A stretch of 64,000 nt of DNA. Source: a virus. The position numbers and the translations under genes are program-made. A model generated the notes under the pieces. The model saw only the letters and a list, made by a program, of their open reading frames with translations, was not told where the DNA came from and ran no database searches. Of this stretch, positions 63,817-64,000 are shown in pieces; the stretch's first letter is position 1; every line of letters begins with the position of its first letter. The stretch lies in the IMG/VR virus record IMGVR_UViG_3300013772_000002, positions 32,001 through 96,000 of that record. One strand, 5' to 3'.

Positions 63817-64000
63817 TCGCTATGTCCTCCGAATCTCTCCCGACGGCACGCCGACCGCGTTGCCGTCACCGCTCGTCATTACTCCCGGCGTCGACACGAT
63901 CTGGGAATGCGAAGCAACCGCCGCCAATGGCGCTGACATTGGCCCGGTCGATCTGACCGCCGCTCGACTTGTCTGGGAATTAACCGCCCTGAGCTTTAGT
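63806..64000 (+). CDS. BppU-like protein, truncated by window end
   Basis: GGAGG RBS; ITPG.D..W....PVDLTAA.L.W pattern like 26795-27277. Confidence 0.5.
   Translation, partial: MAVDRYVLRISPDGTPTALPSPLVITPGVDTIWECEATAANGADIGPVDLTAARLVWELTALSFS

Noticed and set aside
1-64000. CRISPR array, tRNA genes, integrase, transposase
   Set aside because: No regular repeat-spacer array, tRNA cloverleaf or recombinase/transposase motifs seen by eye; tRNAscan and CRISPR finders were not run
1-64000. Alternative genetic code
   Set aside because: Core genes are full length under code 11, and TAA, TAG and TGA all end genes

Overview
This 64 kb window is part of a large, GC-rich tailed dsDNA phage. It is a myovirus with Herelleviridae/SPO1-like head and tail proteins; the host cannot be determined from the sequence. 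Positions 1-12.5 kb (+) carry early and replication genes: SSB, DnaE, two HNH-derived proteins and a DarG-type macrodomain. Positions 12.5-21 kb (-) carry a nucleotide-metabolism block (HAD nucleotidase, HD protein, class II RNR, dNMP kinase, MazG) and a soluble FtsH-like protease. From 21 kb (+) come the terminase and portal, about 21 kb of giant low-complexity ORFs, neck genes, an MTase/RecA island, prohead protease, scaffold, major capsid, sheath, tube and tail chaperones. The best candidate for a new system is the portal-adjacent locus. Its 3637-aa protein looks like a polyprotein, punctuated by the hydrophobic-x-K|S/T/A motif that also marks the predicted capsid, scaffold and protease maturation sites. 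The modules between these sites include several ADP-ribosyltransferase-like domains, an Acb1-like 2H phosphoesterase, a PGDYG pair and a GNAT-like domain. This suggests protease-released, head-packaged effector or anti-defence cargo. Other signals: a copy of the capsid N-arm in the protease tail, AT-rich recoded patches at conserved motifs, a probable +1 frameshift in the tail chaperone, a structured leader RNA before the head operon, and a recurrent CATG-extended promoter. All domain calls are by-eye motif recognition; no searches were run.
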